Below, in pieces: positions 1-12,715 of a stretch of DNA of 64,000 nt. Each line of letters starts with the position of its first letter. The stretch's first letter is position 1. The stretch is from NCBI GenBank assembly GCA_951406725.2, contig OX597816.1, forward strand, positions 88,040,001 to 88,104,000. The letters run 5' to 3'. The notes below the pieces were generated by a model. It saw only the letters and a program-made list of their open reading frames with translations. It had not been told where the DNA came from and did no database searches. The position numbers were made by a program, and so were the translations under genes. Origin of the DNA: Octopus vulgaris (lineage: Eukaryota).

Positions 1-350
1 AGATAAGCGGCGATAGACAGAACAGGATTTAGCAAAAAAAAAAAAAAGGTTCAGAATTCACAAAAGATTATAGACTATGTTAAAGAATAAAACGGGTGAG
101 AATTAAGGTTTAGGGATAGTTTTTAAAGAATATCTAATTCTGATTTTGTTTAGCTCCATGTCAGTTTTGAAGAAAGAGCAGACATATTACTCAAAAGCAT
201 TCTACTCACGACCATCCTCTTTTATATAGCTTAGATTAACTAGTCTAATGCAAAACAGTAGCGTTAGATTAACTGGTGTCAGGGAAAGTTTAAATTTAAA
301 TATCTCTCTGAAAGAGCAAATTTTGCACAGGTCACAGATATTTAATCCAT

Positions 351-353
<3 letters not shown>

Positions 354-412
<59 letters not shown>
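354..412. repeat. (TA)n microsatellite
   Basis: Pure TA dinucleotide run. Confidence 0.98.
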
Positions 413-415
<3 letters not shown>

Positions 416-427
416 CAACATTTCGGT

Positions 428-770
428 GCTCAATAACTCAATGACCGCATCTTAACGACTCCATGGCTCAACAACTTCCCGGTTCTTGAACTTCATCATC
501 CCATAACTTCCCGTCTCAATTGCTCCACGGCTCAACAAATCCACGGTTCAAGAAACCAACTTTTCAACACCTCAGTGACTCTACAGCCTCACAACACTAC
601 AACTTCGTGACTGAACACTTTCATAGCACACCACCCCAGCCCGATTCAATAACTGTGCAACGAAGCGACGATACAACTCAACAATTCTATGGTTCAACGA
701 CTTTCAGAGTCAGCTGATTCGCAACTCAATAACTTATTGATTCTACGATTTCACGACTGCTTGAATCTAT
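428..770 (+). repeat. Degenerate 8-bp-period minisatellite (CTCAACAA/CTCCACGG-like)
   Basis: Phased units ctcaataa ctcaatga ... ctccatgg ctcaacaa cttcccgg ... ctcaattg ctccacgg ctcaacaa atccacgg ttcaagaa. Confidence 0.7.
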
Positions 771-979
771 TCTTGGATATTGCTCCACTTGTTGGAAATA
801 ACTTCCAAGTAGCATCTAAATCTTTCACAAATGTTAAAACTTTGAAAATTTTAGAGCTGACAGACAAAGTACTTTAAATGCAAGCTTGGTCTTAATCTTT
901 TATAGACTTAATGATAGTCACCATCTTTTAAACTAAAACGGCACTATTGATTATTGTAAAAAAATCAACCCAAACAATA

Positions 980-1016
980 TAGGCGCAGGAGTGGCTCTGT
1001 GGTAAGTAGCTTGCTT
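980..1016 (+). mobile_element. 5' head fragment of tRNA-derived SINE family B
   Basis: aggcgcaggagtggctctgtggtaagtagcttgctt matches the heads of longer copies at 10640-11053 and 22645-22972. Confidence 0.75.
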
Positions 1017-1556
1017 GCTACTAAGTTGTTGACTCGTATTTTCTACGCTGAGAAAGTAACCTCGTTTGACGTTGAAAAATTGAACGTTTGAAGTACGACC
1101 ACAGATAGGGCATTTGTTTTTTTGGGAGCACAGTGGGATCTGTTGTCCGTATTGTTTATTATTTTTTCGAACAAAGGTCTCCACTGGGTTCCAGGCATTT
1201 GTCTGCCTGTGGTCGTAAAAATGACTCACTTTTTAGTGAGAATTGTGTATGTACTCGGGAGGCGTTTCCCTTCGAAAATTTATCATTTTATGTGACTGTG
1301 TGCACTTCGTGGATTTTACCATTTGGAGTACAACCAGAATTGGAGGAATTTCTTTGCTACTATTTTTGTGCTGCAAGGGATTTTTAACTGTGCCACAAAA
1401 GATTACCAAAGTTGAATTTTGTTGCCATTTGAACTGTGTTCCTTCGTTCTTTATCTCTTGTCTGTCTTTCTGCTCTGTTTTGTGTTTGCATGAGAGACTT
1501 TTATTTGAACATTTTTGATTTTGTTGTGAACTTCTATATTTTAGTTTATTTTATCA

Positions 1557-2475
1557 ATGGCAACCAAATGTAAGAAAGCCTTGGAGTGGCAAATTGTGGC
1601 TCCCAAGGAGTGGCTAAAAAACTATGGTGAGAGAATGGTGGTATTGCGGACCTATTGCAAGGTCCGTGACACCATCTGACTGAAATTGAAGAAGAGTTGG
1701 CAGGGTTTGTGCCAACCTATTCATCCGTAGGGGTGCAAAGTACGCAACGGTGTGCGTGCTTTTCGATAACCCTACGGAGGCTCAGAAATTTGCGAGCCAA
1801 CCTATTGGTGGGAGGAAGACTTTGTTTCTCTCCACTCATGGTGGGCGTAAATTGACAAGAGCCTGGGTGTGTGGGCTGCCGCCCAGTACAGAGGCTAAAT
1901 GGATAGAATATTCTATCCGTCGAGGCCTGGGTAGTGGCCCTGACAGGCTCTTGAATGTAAAAATACTGCCTGCGGTCGATTGGGTCGAGTCAAAAGCAAT
2001 TTTGACCCTATCGATCCAATCGGCCGAAGATCTGGTTTTACCAGATTTCTTGACAATGGCCGGTTCCAGGCACCCGGTGAGCATTGAGGGACGCCCCCCG
2101 CCCCACTGTCATCTGTGTCTGGAATCAGGGCACATGAAGAAGAACTGTTGTCGGAACCAGGTGAGAGACCTGGAACAGTTGATTGAGAACGACTGTAATC
2201 CCCCTGTTCTCCCAATGGAGTCTCCTGCTCCTTCATTGGAGGGAGAGAGGGAGAAAGTCGAGGAGGAGGTAACCTTATCGAGAAAAGGTACTAAGAGAAA
2301 GGTGTGCAACAATGGTAGCCCACCGATGGATCCTGAGATGACGGGAGAGGAGGAGGGACCTCCGGACATGTCGGAGGAACTCCACCCTCCCGTCGCAAAA
2401 GGGAAAAAAAGAAGTAACGCACAGACACATAGACGACAATCCTCTGGTGTGTCACGAACATGCCTCTCCTGGTAA
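1557..2475 (+). pseudogene. Frameshifted non-LTR retrotransposon ORF1 (gag-like, CCHC zinc knuckle; Tx1/L1-like)
   Basis: ATG at 1557 (MATKCKKALEW...) stops at 1677; the reading resumes in other frames into ORF 1750-2475. That ORF has IEGRPPPH-C-HL-C-LESG-H-MKKN-C (CX2CX4HX4C) and an acidic/Pro-rich tail. T-rich leader at 1024-1556. No ORF2 follows. Confidence 0.7.
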
Positions 2476-3744
2476 GCTTTTTCAAATCCTCACAGCCGTT
2501 GTCTGGTCTGAAATATAAATAACAACATATAGAAGCTTTAACATCTAAGGACTTCTTTTCACTAAACACGCTCTTTGTATATTTCTGTCTCATCGATACA
2601 AGTCGCTTGTAATGTTGTCTGCGCATCTCTGGTGATGTACTACAGGCGAAATGAAAGTAAGTGTATTCAGTATAACTACATCATTTCATAAAGAAACCTA
2701 TAAGGTGAACGGGTCTTGTTTTAATAATAAATCACTTGTCTGTTCTATTGTCGTAATATATATTAAAATAACTTTTATAGCTAAAGATTCGCAGCTAATT
2801 AACTTACAGTCTCTACTCTATTATTATATAACCAGAAAATAGAGTAAAAAGTGTTAGTGCCGTTGTTGATGGAGTTGTCTGATCGCTGCAAGTTCTAATT
2901 GTAAGGAACTACAAGCAAAAGCAATCCAGCCGTGTCCCTTCCATCTTATTTCTCAGATGCATTGTATTTAAGAGTAATATTCCACATGACCATAAAATTT
3001 GAGTGTTTTGAAGATTTGGTAGCTATTTCTAGTCGGTGAAGAAGCCTTCTCTTTGGTTTAAGTCCAGGTAGCTGTCAAGTCAAATCATTCTCATACCAAT
3101 TCTGATGTCGTGGCACCTAAACTTTTTACCAGTCTTTTCTACTCTTTTAGGTCTTATGCTGAGAGCTCGAAGCTCTAGTATGGATCCCTAATATAGACCC
3201 ATGTCCAACGCTTCGTATTCCCGGTGGAAACCATTAAATTATCAAGTTGACATCAGGCAAGTCTCGAACACTTTAACTTTGGTTGGCAGTCCCTAAAAAC
3301 AGTAAATCTAGTATCATGCATTTTAAATAGTGACGCCTACACTTAGACTTTATCAGTTGAATTTTACAATTGGATAACTGGAAGAAATCTCTATGGGTTT
3401 CGTCGACGGAGAGTCAGTTGTTGTATCTACTAGAATGCTTTCTCATTTCGCGTGTAAATGGCTGATTATTTCAAACACACATGTACCCTTAATGTAATTC
3501 TCTCACAGAATCAGTGTGATCAAGTGCGTGTGACAAGGATATCACACAGTTTAAGTCAATCCGAAGGACTTCAATACAATTTTCCCTCTGCTCGACTTCA
3601 CTCGTAAGATATAGAATGATCCGAAACTAGGGGAAATGATACTAGCCTAAAATGTCACGCAGTGGCTGCAGAGCGAACTACTTACTCATTCGGTTATACA
3701 ACGCATATAATTGTCTTTAATTTAGTGCCGAGTGAAGAGGGAAG

Positions 3745-4300
3745 GCAGCGAGCTGGCAGAATCGTTTTATTCTTCTGAGTTTTATTGTTCAGAGTTCAAA
3801 TTCCACTGCGGTCAACCTTAGCTTTCATTCTATTTTCAGAGTCGATGAACGATATAATCGACTTCCCCCTTCCCTCCCAAATTGGTATCTTTGTGTCACA
3901 ATTTGAAATCGATTTAGTCACAAGACCAGCAATTTTGAGAGGAGAGTACAAGATGATTACACCAGCTCCAGAATTTGACAGTAATTTTATCATCTCGACG
4001 CCGAGAGAATAAAAGACAACACTGAACTCGGTAGAACATAAGGAACCGGAAAAAAATATCACAAGGCATTTTGACTAACATCGTAAAGATTATTTCAGCA
4101 CACTGCCCTTAGTGCTCATATGGTAAATGAGGGAAGAAATATATATTCGAACTAAATACTTGACAGTTATTGTCTTTTATCGATATTGAAAGGATGAAAA
4201 GTAAGGATGATCCCGGTGAGATTTGATCTCAGAACGTAGAGAGTCGGAAAAAAATATCGCCAAACATTTCTTCCGACGATCTCACGTTTCAACCAGAATA
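3745..4300. mobile_element. Cluster of degenerate SINE family A copies (both orientations)
   Basis: ggcagcgagctggcagaatcgtt...gagttcaaattcc...tttcattc on the + strand; reverse copies at about 3925-4110 and 4150-4300. Confidence 0.7.
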
Positions 4301-4325
4301 ATTAATATCAGCTAATCAGGCGACT

Positions 4326-4577
4326 GTGGAGACACGTGGCCTAGTGGTTACAGCAGCGGATTCATTGTCGAGGGATCGCGGGTTCGAATCTCAGACCGGG
4401 CGATGTGTGTGTTTATGAGCGAAATATCTAAGCTCCACGCGGCTCCGGCAGAAGGTAATGGCGAAAACTCACCTGTGACGGACCGGTGTCCCTTTCAGGT
4501 GGGGAACCTATACGCCACTGAAACCAGCAAACCGGCCCTCATGATACAGGCATAGCTCGAGAAAGAACAAACAACAA
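4326..4577 (+). mobile_element. tRNA-derived SINE family C
   Basis: A box tggcctagtgg and B box ggttcgaatc, (AAC) tail; imperfect TSD aa(t/c)ca(g/a)gcgact on both sides. Confidence 0.8.
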
Positions 4578-4585
4578 CCAAGCGA

Positions 4586-4790
4586 CTAGTTGGCAGAATC
4601 TTCAGCATGTTAGATAAAAATCTTGGCAACATTTTGTCTATTTCTTCTTTCTGAGTTCAAATTCCGCCGAGGCCGACTCTACCTCTTATCCTTTCTGAGT
4701 CGATAAAATAAAGATCAGTTGCAAACTTGGTGGTGGGTTTGATATAATCGACTATCCTCCCACCTTCAATATTTCAGTCTAGAGTAGAAA
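4586..4790 (+). mobile_element. SINE family A (degenerate)
   Basis: ttctgagttcaaattccgccgagg...atcctttctgagtcgataaa core. Confidence 0.7.
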
Positions 4791-5879
4791 AATATGGTTA
4801 ATAGCACCCGACAGTTCGCTTCTGGCTATTCGGCAAATAGTCTCCTCTACTGGAATTGTTTAGATGGTAACTATGGATCGTTAACTTTGCGGTGTTCTAA
4901 GGTCTGTCTTGACTGAAATTGCCATGTAAAAAAGACATTAATTTATGAAATAGTACAATTAATGTTGAAAAATCGTAGGAAGAAATAGTCAGGCTGTCAG
5001 TAATTTACAGTATTCTGCTTTCTTTATCTACAAGCTGCAGGTACAGTTTACAATTGACGAGTGCTTTCGAAGCCTGCGATGCTGTGTTTAGTTATTCTAG
5101 AATAAGATAATGAGTTAAAATTTCCTAGCTATTAACTTCATTTTTTTGCAGCTTTATATTTTACAGTATATTTCCATATACTAGTCCAATATCCTCCATC
5201 TGATTGTCTTCCGGTAACCTATTTCTCCCTCTTTCTCTTTCGCTCTCTCTTCACACTTACATACATAAATGCATACACATACACACATATGCATATAGAT
5301 ATATATATATTTATGTACATCCATAGACACATAATTCGTTTTGTAAAGTGATTATATTTAGTATAGTAGATTAATTGTTTCCCATATATGTAACAGTATC
5401 TGTGAGTATGTAGTGTGGGCGAACATCTTTTGTTTTAAATATATTATATTGGTTTCATGTCTGTGCCAAGGTTTGGTCTTTTAATTCATAATTTTTCGTA
5501 GTTCCTTTTACACTTCTAAATATCTAGGTGAAGTGACTGTTAGCAGTGTTAGTTATTACCATATTTGTTGTTGTTGTTGTTGTTGTTTAACCCATATCAG
5601 CATTGATCTATGTGACTAACTATAAAAGGTGTTATGTTTATTGACTAGCCTAACATCATTTTTCAATCAGGCATTACATATTTCTTGCATAAAAGAAATA
5701 TAGAGTGTAATTCGAGGGAGATTATGCTACTATTCATAGCAGGCTGAACGACAACATAGATGATTTTTCGTAATAAGTAGACAGCAAGGATAATGAGAAT
5801 AATGTTGTTACTTTCTACAATCATTTTATTTAATTTCTAAGTTGCAATATTTGGGTTAATTTTTGACTCGTATTTTGCT

Positions 5880-6300
5880 TCCATTGCTAATCTTATAATG
5901 ATTTTTCCCGGGCGCTCCTATGCAAGGTGATAGCATTATCTACTAATATTTTTCTAATCTATTTTCCTCTGTGTTCTGAAGTGTAACGTATTGCAACATC
6001 TTGTAAATGCATGGTTAACCGCTGGGAAAAGGTAATAGCTGTATGTCCGATGCAACAGTCTCAGTCATGAAAGTCTGTAATTTCCATTCTGCATAGAAAT
6101 TTGCATATCCCATTGGTCAATTGCAGTATCTTATTTTGTTTGTGAATCTTCAATTCTGGTACATTGGTAGTATAGTATTCTAATATATTCTCCATATATA
6201 TCTCAGCTTACAGTTTCTACACACATTTCAGTCTCAAATTATATTGAGAATGTCTTGCATCGCCTCACTTGATACAGTGAATAAACATTTCTTAAGATGA
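5880..6300 (-). mobile_element. Highly decayed 3' fragment of an RLE-type (R4/Dong-like) LINE
   Basis: Broken minus-strand translation gives IGAPG...LQDVAIR-like residues resembling the IGALG...LQK C-terminus seen better at 48955-49080. Confidence 0.3.
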
Positions 6301-6475
6301 AAATATAGAAAATCTACAGCAAACCTGTCCCCTGTCCATTAAATTGATAATAGTGGAGAGATCAGAAACCCGGATCAAATAGCAAATCATTTTTATTAGA
6401 CACCCTTCAGCTATGTATGATACATTTTAATATCTATAAAATAAAATAAACAGAACGCTTGGGTAATGTAGTCTT

Positions 6476-6731
6476 TTTGTTTTTAATAAATGCACCCTTT
6501 TAAAGCCTAACCGGGTTCATGGGCCCGGTTTCAATGGCGTATGTGTTCCCAAGCTAGACAGGACGCCAGTCCATCGCAGCGTTACTCATTTTTGCCAGCT
6601 GAGTGGACTGGAGCAACGTGAAATTAAGTGTTTTGCTCAAGAACATAACGCGTCGCCCGGTTCCAGGAGTCGAAACCACAATCTTACGATTATGATGCTG
6701 ACACCCTAACCACTAAGCCACGCGCCTCCAC
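6476..6731 (-). mobile_element. tRNA-derived SINE (family C-related) with target-site duplication
   Basis: Minus-strand head tggaggcgcgtggcttagtggttaggg...gtggtttcgactcc; 11-bp TSD aatgtagtctt at 6465-6475 and 6732-6742. Confidence 0.85.
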
Positions 6732-7629
6732 AATGTAGTCTTAGAAACACATTAAGATAAGATATCCCAGTTAGAATGCCTTCCATGAGAAATGTCGTGA
6801 AAAAATTCCATATGTTTACCGAGGTGGGTACGAATACCATTGTTATTATTTCGTTTGTTATGGATGGTGGATTGGTAGAATAGTTAAGACATCGGACAGA
6901 ATACGTTCTGGGCTTTACGGACTGGTTTCAGAACCTACCTATGTCAACTTTACCTGTTATTCTGTCGGGAGTTGATAAAATAAAATACAGTCGAAGTAGC
7001 GGAGGGGATTTAATAGATTAAGCGTACTTCTCAAGATTCTGACCTTGTGTCTAAATAAGAAATTATTATTCCTTATGCTGATGGTATTGTTGTTGTTAAC
7101 CCAGCCTCAGCTTTAATCATGCAGGCCATTGACCAATGACGTTTCAATCATAAACGTCTCGTTTCTTTCTAAGGTTACATTATCAACTGTGTCCTTTCTT
7201 GGTTTAAAACGATGACATTAGTTGGGATGGTGATTTAGTTGCTACATTTAGCAGATCGAATATCGATGAAGAAGCTTCCTCATCAGCTAGTTGATGCTGT
7301 TGTGTATGCTTTTGCTACTGATATGCGAACGAGATCAGCACGGGCTCACGTTTTTGGACTCGGTGTGGGAAGTCCGTCCGACAATAAAATTGGGTTACTG
7401 CGGTATGTGACAAATCAAATAAATACCAATCGAAGATTTTTCCCATCTTAATGGAAATATTTTATAATATTTCCATAAACATTGCTGCTCTGCCCAGCGG
7501 AGTAACAGACAAACTGATGTGTACATTGTTCATTGTGAATTGTATATCTCCTATCCTCTGGGAATCTCATAATGTTTGTTTCCCATACAAAATTACCAAC
7601 AGGCATCTCAGGTCATTGATTTTCATTTT

Positions 7630-7859
7630 CATCCTCATAACCACCACCACTACCACCATCACCATCACCACCATCACCACCACCACCACCAGCACAATCA
7701 CCACCACCACCACCACCACCTCTATTACAATTACGACAACTACTACCACTAGAACCAACAGTATCACTACTGTCACAACCAGCAGCACCACTACGAATAT
7801 CACTTCCAAAGCAACTAAAAAGATCACCATTTTGATGATGATGATAATGATAATCATCC

Positions 7860-7893
<34 letters not shown>

Positions 7894-7896
7894 TAC

Positions 7897-7928
<32 letters not shown>

Positions 7929-7934
7929 CCATAG

Positions 7935-7977
<43 letters not shown>

Positions 7978-8320
7978 TATCATCATCTTCTTCTTCTTTC
8001 TCCTTTTTCTCTTCATTGTTGTCTTCGTTTTGATCATTATCAAAACCATCCCAATCATAACGAACAAAGGAAATATAGTCGTCATCCTTTTTTCTTTTCG
8101 TCATCATCATAACCACAATAATTAACATGAAAACCACCGTAAACGCAACGCATCCGCCATCTCAGTCGTTTGCAGCTCCAGAATATCATTAAAAGCATTG
8201 TCTTGGTTATTCTCATCATTTTCACTTCCACAGTTTTGGTGATGACGATGATGATGATCGTTATAGTCATATTCACCACCGCCACCCACCACCACCACCA
8301 CCACCACCACCACCACCACC

Positions 8321-8353
<33 letters not shown>

Positions 8354-9291
8354 CTACTACCGCCAACATCATCATCATCATCAACGCAAACATTAACAGT
8401 ATTAGCGACTTTACGGTAGTTTTTATCTTTCATGATAATGATGTTCATGATGATGATGATGATGATGACAGTTATTCTGACGACGAGCAGTATCACCATA
8501 ATCACTATCAAAGTCATTATCATAATTATCATAATAATCGTCATCATCATCAGCATCATCATCATCATCATCATCATCGTTGTCGTCGTCGCCATGCTAT
8601 CATTATAACTGGCCTCCTCTATCAAAATGTATTCATTAATCTCCATTTCTTTCTTCCAGATCTTTCTCCTCTTGCTTCTTCCCCTTCTTTCATCTTTTAT
8701 CTTCATCTTCGTTCGCTCTCGGTTTTCAACTGTCTCAAAACGATTATCGCTGCATAACTATTAACATCAACAACCAAACTGCAATTATCATCTCCACCAC
8801 CACCAGCAACAACAACAACAACGGAGGAGTTAAAGCTAATGTCCTACTCCACCACCACCTTCTCACCTTCATGAAAGATCATCATGATCATAATCACGAT
8901 CATAATCATGATCGTAATCATGATCATAATAATAATCATGATCACCATAACCACGACCATCATCATCATCATTATCATCATTACTATCATCATTAGCAGT
9001 TGCAGAAACGTATTTGTATAATCTTGATATCACAATCATCTTCCTCCTCATGTTCATGTCATCATCATCATCATCATCATCATCATCGTCGTCGTCGTCG
9101 TCCTCATCATCATCACTGTTGCAGCAGTAGCAGAATTAGCAGCAGCAGTAGCAGCAGCACCAGCAGCACCAGCAGCTACAATAGTATCAGTAGCGATCAA
9201 AACAAAAATAATTAACAACAAACTACTAAATTCTGAGTTGAGCAGCTGCGATTGTGTCAATGCATGTGAAAATGAATGGCTTCTTAAGAGA

Positions 9292-9346
<55 letters not shown>

Positions 9347-9420
9347 CATTATTATTGTTATTATTATTGTTGTTGTTGTTATTGTTATTATTATCATCAT
9401 CATCATCATTATTATTATTA
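7630..9420. repeat. About 1.8-kb compound trinucleotide microsatellite field (ACC, ATC, AAC, GAT, GTC, AGC, ATT; ATCATG hexamers)
   Basis: Successive triplet arrays visible directly; these generate the homopolymer ORFs in the track. Confidence 0.95.
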
Positions 9421-9874
9421 TATACTAACGATGTTGACGTCGCTTGTAGCTCGCTCCCGAAGAAAAGTATTTTGCAAGATGAAATAGATTTTTTTAATCC
9501 AAAATACTCGCATATAGATAACTTCCTGATGTTTAGAGTCTTCCCCTAAACGGTTTGATATAAAAAAAAATAAACTTTGTATCTTCGTTTTGCAACACGA
9601 TGATTTTTTTTATTCCTTCATGTTACCGGTACTTAAGAACTGGCTACATATATTTCACATTACACCCCACCCATAAAACAAAACAAAAATGCTCAAAATA
9701 ACACATTCCTTACGCATAAAACGAAAAAAAATAATAAAATAGTATTCTGATAGTATCACAAAATATTAGAAGTAATCATTGTACAATAAAAACAAACATG
9801 TTTTCAACATCGAAGTTGAATGTACTGATAAGGAAGATGTCAATGACAATAACAAAGACAGTTGATATTTTTTT

Positions 9875-10230
9875 CTACTCTAGGGACAGGGACCGGAATT
9901 TCGGAGGGGAGCAGTCGATTAGATCGACCTCAGTATGCAACTGATACTTAATTTGTCGATCCCCCGAAAGGGTGTAAAAAGAAAGTCGACCTCGGCGGAA
10001 TTTGAACTCAGAACATAATGACGGACGAATTACCTAAGCATTTAGCCCGGCGTGCTAACGTTTCTTATTTCTTTATTGCCCACAAGGGGCTACACACAGG
10101 GGGGAACAAACAAGGACAGACTAACAGATTAAGTCGATTATATTGACCCCAGTGCGTAACTGGCACTTATTTAATCGACCCCGGTGGAATTTGAACTCAG
10201 AACGTAGCGGTAGACGAAATACCGCTAAGC
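9875..10230 (-). mobile_element. Dimeric SINE family A
   Basis: Two tandem cores ...ggaatttgaactcagaac joined by the ttctttattgcccacaagggg tail. Confidence 0.8.
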
Positions 10231-10639
10231 GCCTATATTTATATTAAATGTATGTGCATATACATGTGTGTGTGTGTTTGTGTATTTGCGTGTGTGTATG
10301 AGTGTGTGTGTGTGTTCTATGTATGCATGTATGTGTATATGTGTTTGTATTTGTTTAATATCGTATTATATTCGCAACTGGCTTCCGAGTATTGTGACAC
10401 TTCTAACTACAGCAGACTTGCCTGGCGGTTAAGAAAGCTACAGACAACTTGAAAGAGAGTCATGTGGCATGTAACGTCTTCACTGAGAAAAGATAACGTC
10501 TTGAGAAAAGATAGTAAAAGCTTCACGAATCTTTTGCATTCACCATTCCTATTACCCAACACAATCCAAGCGTGCACCCAAGATAGCATGCATTAAAGAC
10601 CGGAGTGTTCCAACTTTATCATTCCTTTATTATATATAT

Positions 10640-11053
10640 ATCTTCTTTTACTCTTTTACTTGATTCAGTCATTTGACGGCGGCTATGCTGGAGCACAGCT
10701 CTTTAGTCGAATACATCAAGCTCAGGACTTATTCTTTGTAAGCCTAGTACTTATTCTATCGGTCTCTTTAGCCGAACTGCTTATTTACAGGGACGTAAGC
10801 ACACCAACATCGGTTGTCAAGCGATGATGGTGGACAAACACGAACACACAAACACACTGACGCACACGCACATGCACCCCCATATATATACGACGGGCTT
10901 CTTTCAGTTTCAGCCTGCCAAAACCACTCACAAGGCTTTGGTCAGCTCGTGGTTATAGTAAAAGACACTTGCCCAAGGCGCCACGCAGTGGGATTGAACC
11001 CGGAACCATGTGGTTGGGCAGCAAGCTTCTTGCCACACAACCACACCTGCGCC
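10640..11053 (-). mobile_element. SINE family B, near full length
   Basis: Minus-strand head aggcgcaggtgtggttgtgtggcaagaagcttgc...ggttccgggttcaatccc, internal TA/TG tract, tail ...tgactgaatcaagtaaaaga. Confidence 0.85.
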
Positions 11054-11721
11054 TATATATACATATATATATATAAAATGTATATGTGCATATACATGTG
11101 TGCGTGTGTGAGTGTATTTATATTATATGTATGCATATATGTGTGTACGTGTTAGTATTTGTTTAATATCGTATATTTGGCTTCCAAGTATTGTGCCACT
11201 TCTAACTACAGCAGACTTGTCTGGTGGTTAAGAAAGCTACAGACAACTTGAAAGAGCGTCATATGGCATGTAACGTCTTCGTTGGTTTATTCATTGCCTT
11301 AAGAAAAGATAGTAAAAGTTTCACACGATGTCCACATGACAAAACTTCAAGTGTCCAATTACTCCCTATGGATATATGCGTATGAATACACAATGCACAT
11401 ACAGTTTTGCTTATTTTCTGGTGCAGCATCATCTTAGTTCTTAACCCATTTTATTCCCAATGTCTACAATAGTAGACTTTGCATATTATTTACCAGAGAC
11501 CAGGTTATTTTCAACTGTGAAGCTTAAATTGTGTGGTACACACATAGATAGTACTCTTCAATTCATTTTAGTCCGAAAATTAGACTCCAGTGGTTACTTA
11601 GTATAAAAATACAAATTATTTTTTTGTTTAGTTGCAAATTTAAATAAAAATGAAACCTCACGAAAACACATTAACACGAAAAATATTATCTTTTTTGTTG
11701 CAAAGCTATTTTATAAATATA

Positions 11722-11889
11722 AGCCCAGGCGTAGATGATTGGCGAAAAGTTTGCTTTCCAACCACACGATTCCAGGTTCAGCTCTGTTGCATGACACCTT
11801 CACCAAGTCCCGTCTACTATAGCTCAGGGCCGACCAAAAACTTGTAAGTTGATTTGTAAGCAGAAACTGAAAGCCAGTCGTATATATGT

Positions 11890-11925
<36 letters not shown>

Positions 11926-11980
11926 ATCTATCTATCTATCTATATATATATATATATATATATATCTATCTATCTATCTA

Positions 11981-12015
<35 letters not shown>

Positions 12016-12023
12016 TATCTATC

Positions 12024-12106
<83 letters not shown>

Positions 12107-12166
12107 TAGATATTTATATATAGATAGAGCATAGATATTATACGAAGACGATAGATAGATATATAG

Positions 12167-12204
<38 letters not shown>

Positions 12205-12419
12205 AAAAAACAAAGCGAGAGGTGTGTAGACAACACAGTTATATATGTATGTGTTATCTATATATAAAGTTTTAGAATGTGTAGCAAATTCACAAACGAC
12301 AAACAGACACAGAATTGCATTTAAAAAACATTAAATGCACAGACGAACAGAAAATATGCATGGAAGTTCCCCAATTCCGTATCAGTTATCGAGCAAGGGG
12401 TCTAACGCAACTTTGTGCC

Positions 12420-12454
<35 letters not shown>

Positions 12455-12715
12455 GTATATATGTGTGTATGTGTGTGTGTATGTGTGTGTGTGTGTGCGT
12501 GCGTATGTGTGTGCGTGTGTGTGTGTGTCTGTGTTTGACCTCCCGCCATCGCTTGACAACTAGTGCAAGTGTGTTTACGTCCCTGCAACTTAACGGTTCG
12601 CAAGAGAGACCGATAGAATAAGTACAGGGCTTATTCTATCAGCCCTGTATTCTAATTCTTCAAGGAGGTGCCCCAACACGGCTGCAGTCTAATGACTGAA
12701 ACAAGTAAAAGGTAA
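11722..12715 (+). mobile_element. SINE family B split by expansion of and insertions into its internal TA/TG tract
   Basis: 5' half at 11722-11880; (TA)n/(TATC)n plus two foreign segments at 11881-12525; 3' half at 12526-12715. Confidence 0.75.

Noticed and set aside
2602-2655. Possible plus-strand exon ending at a GTAAGT donor (ACNVVCASLVMYYRRNE)
   Set aside because: Weak acceptor, short, and no supporting homology; expected by chance.
4326-4400. tRNA-like A and B boxes here and in many other SINE heads
   Set aside because: No cloverleaf or acceptor stem; they continue into SINE bodies with tails and TSDs.
7451-9549. Long ORFs rich in poly-Thr/Ile/His/Asp/Met/Tyr
   Set aside because: They are by-products of triplet microsatellites, open in several frames on both strands, with no domain content.
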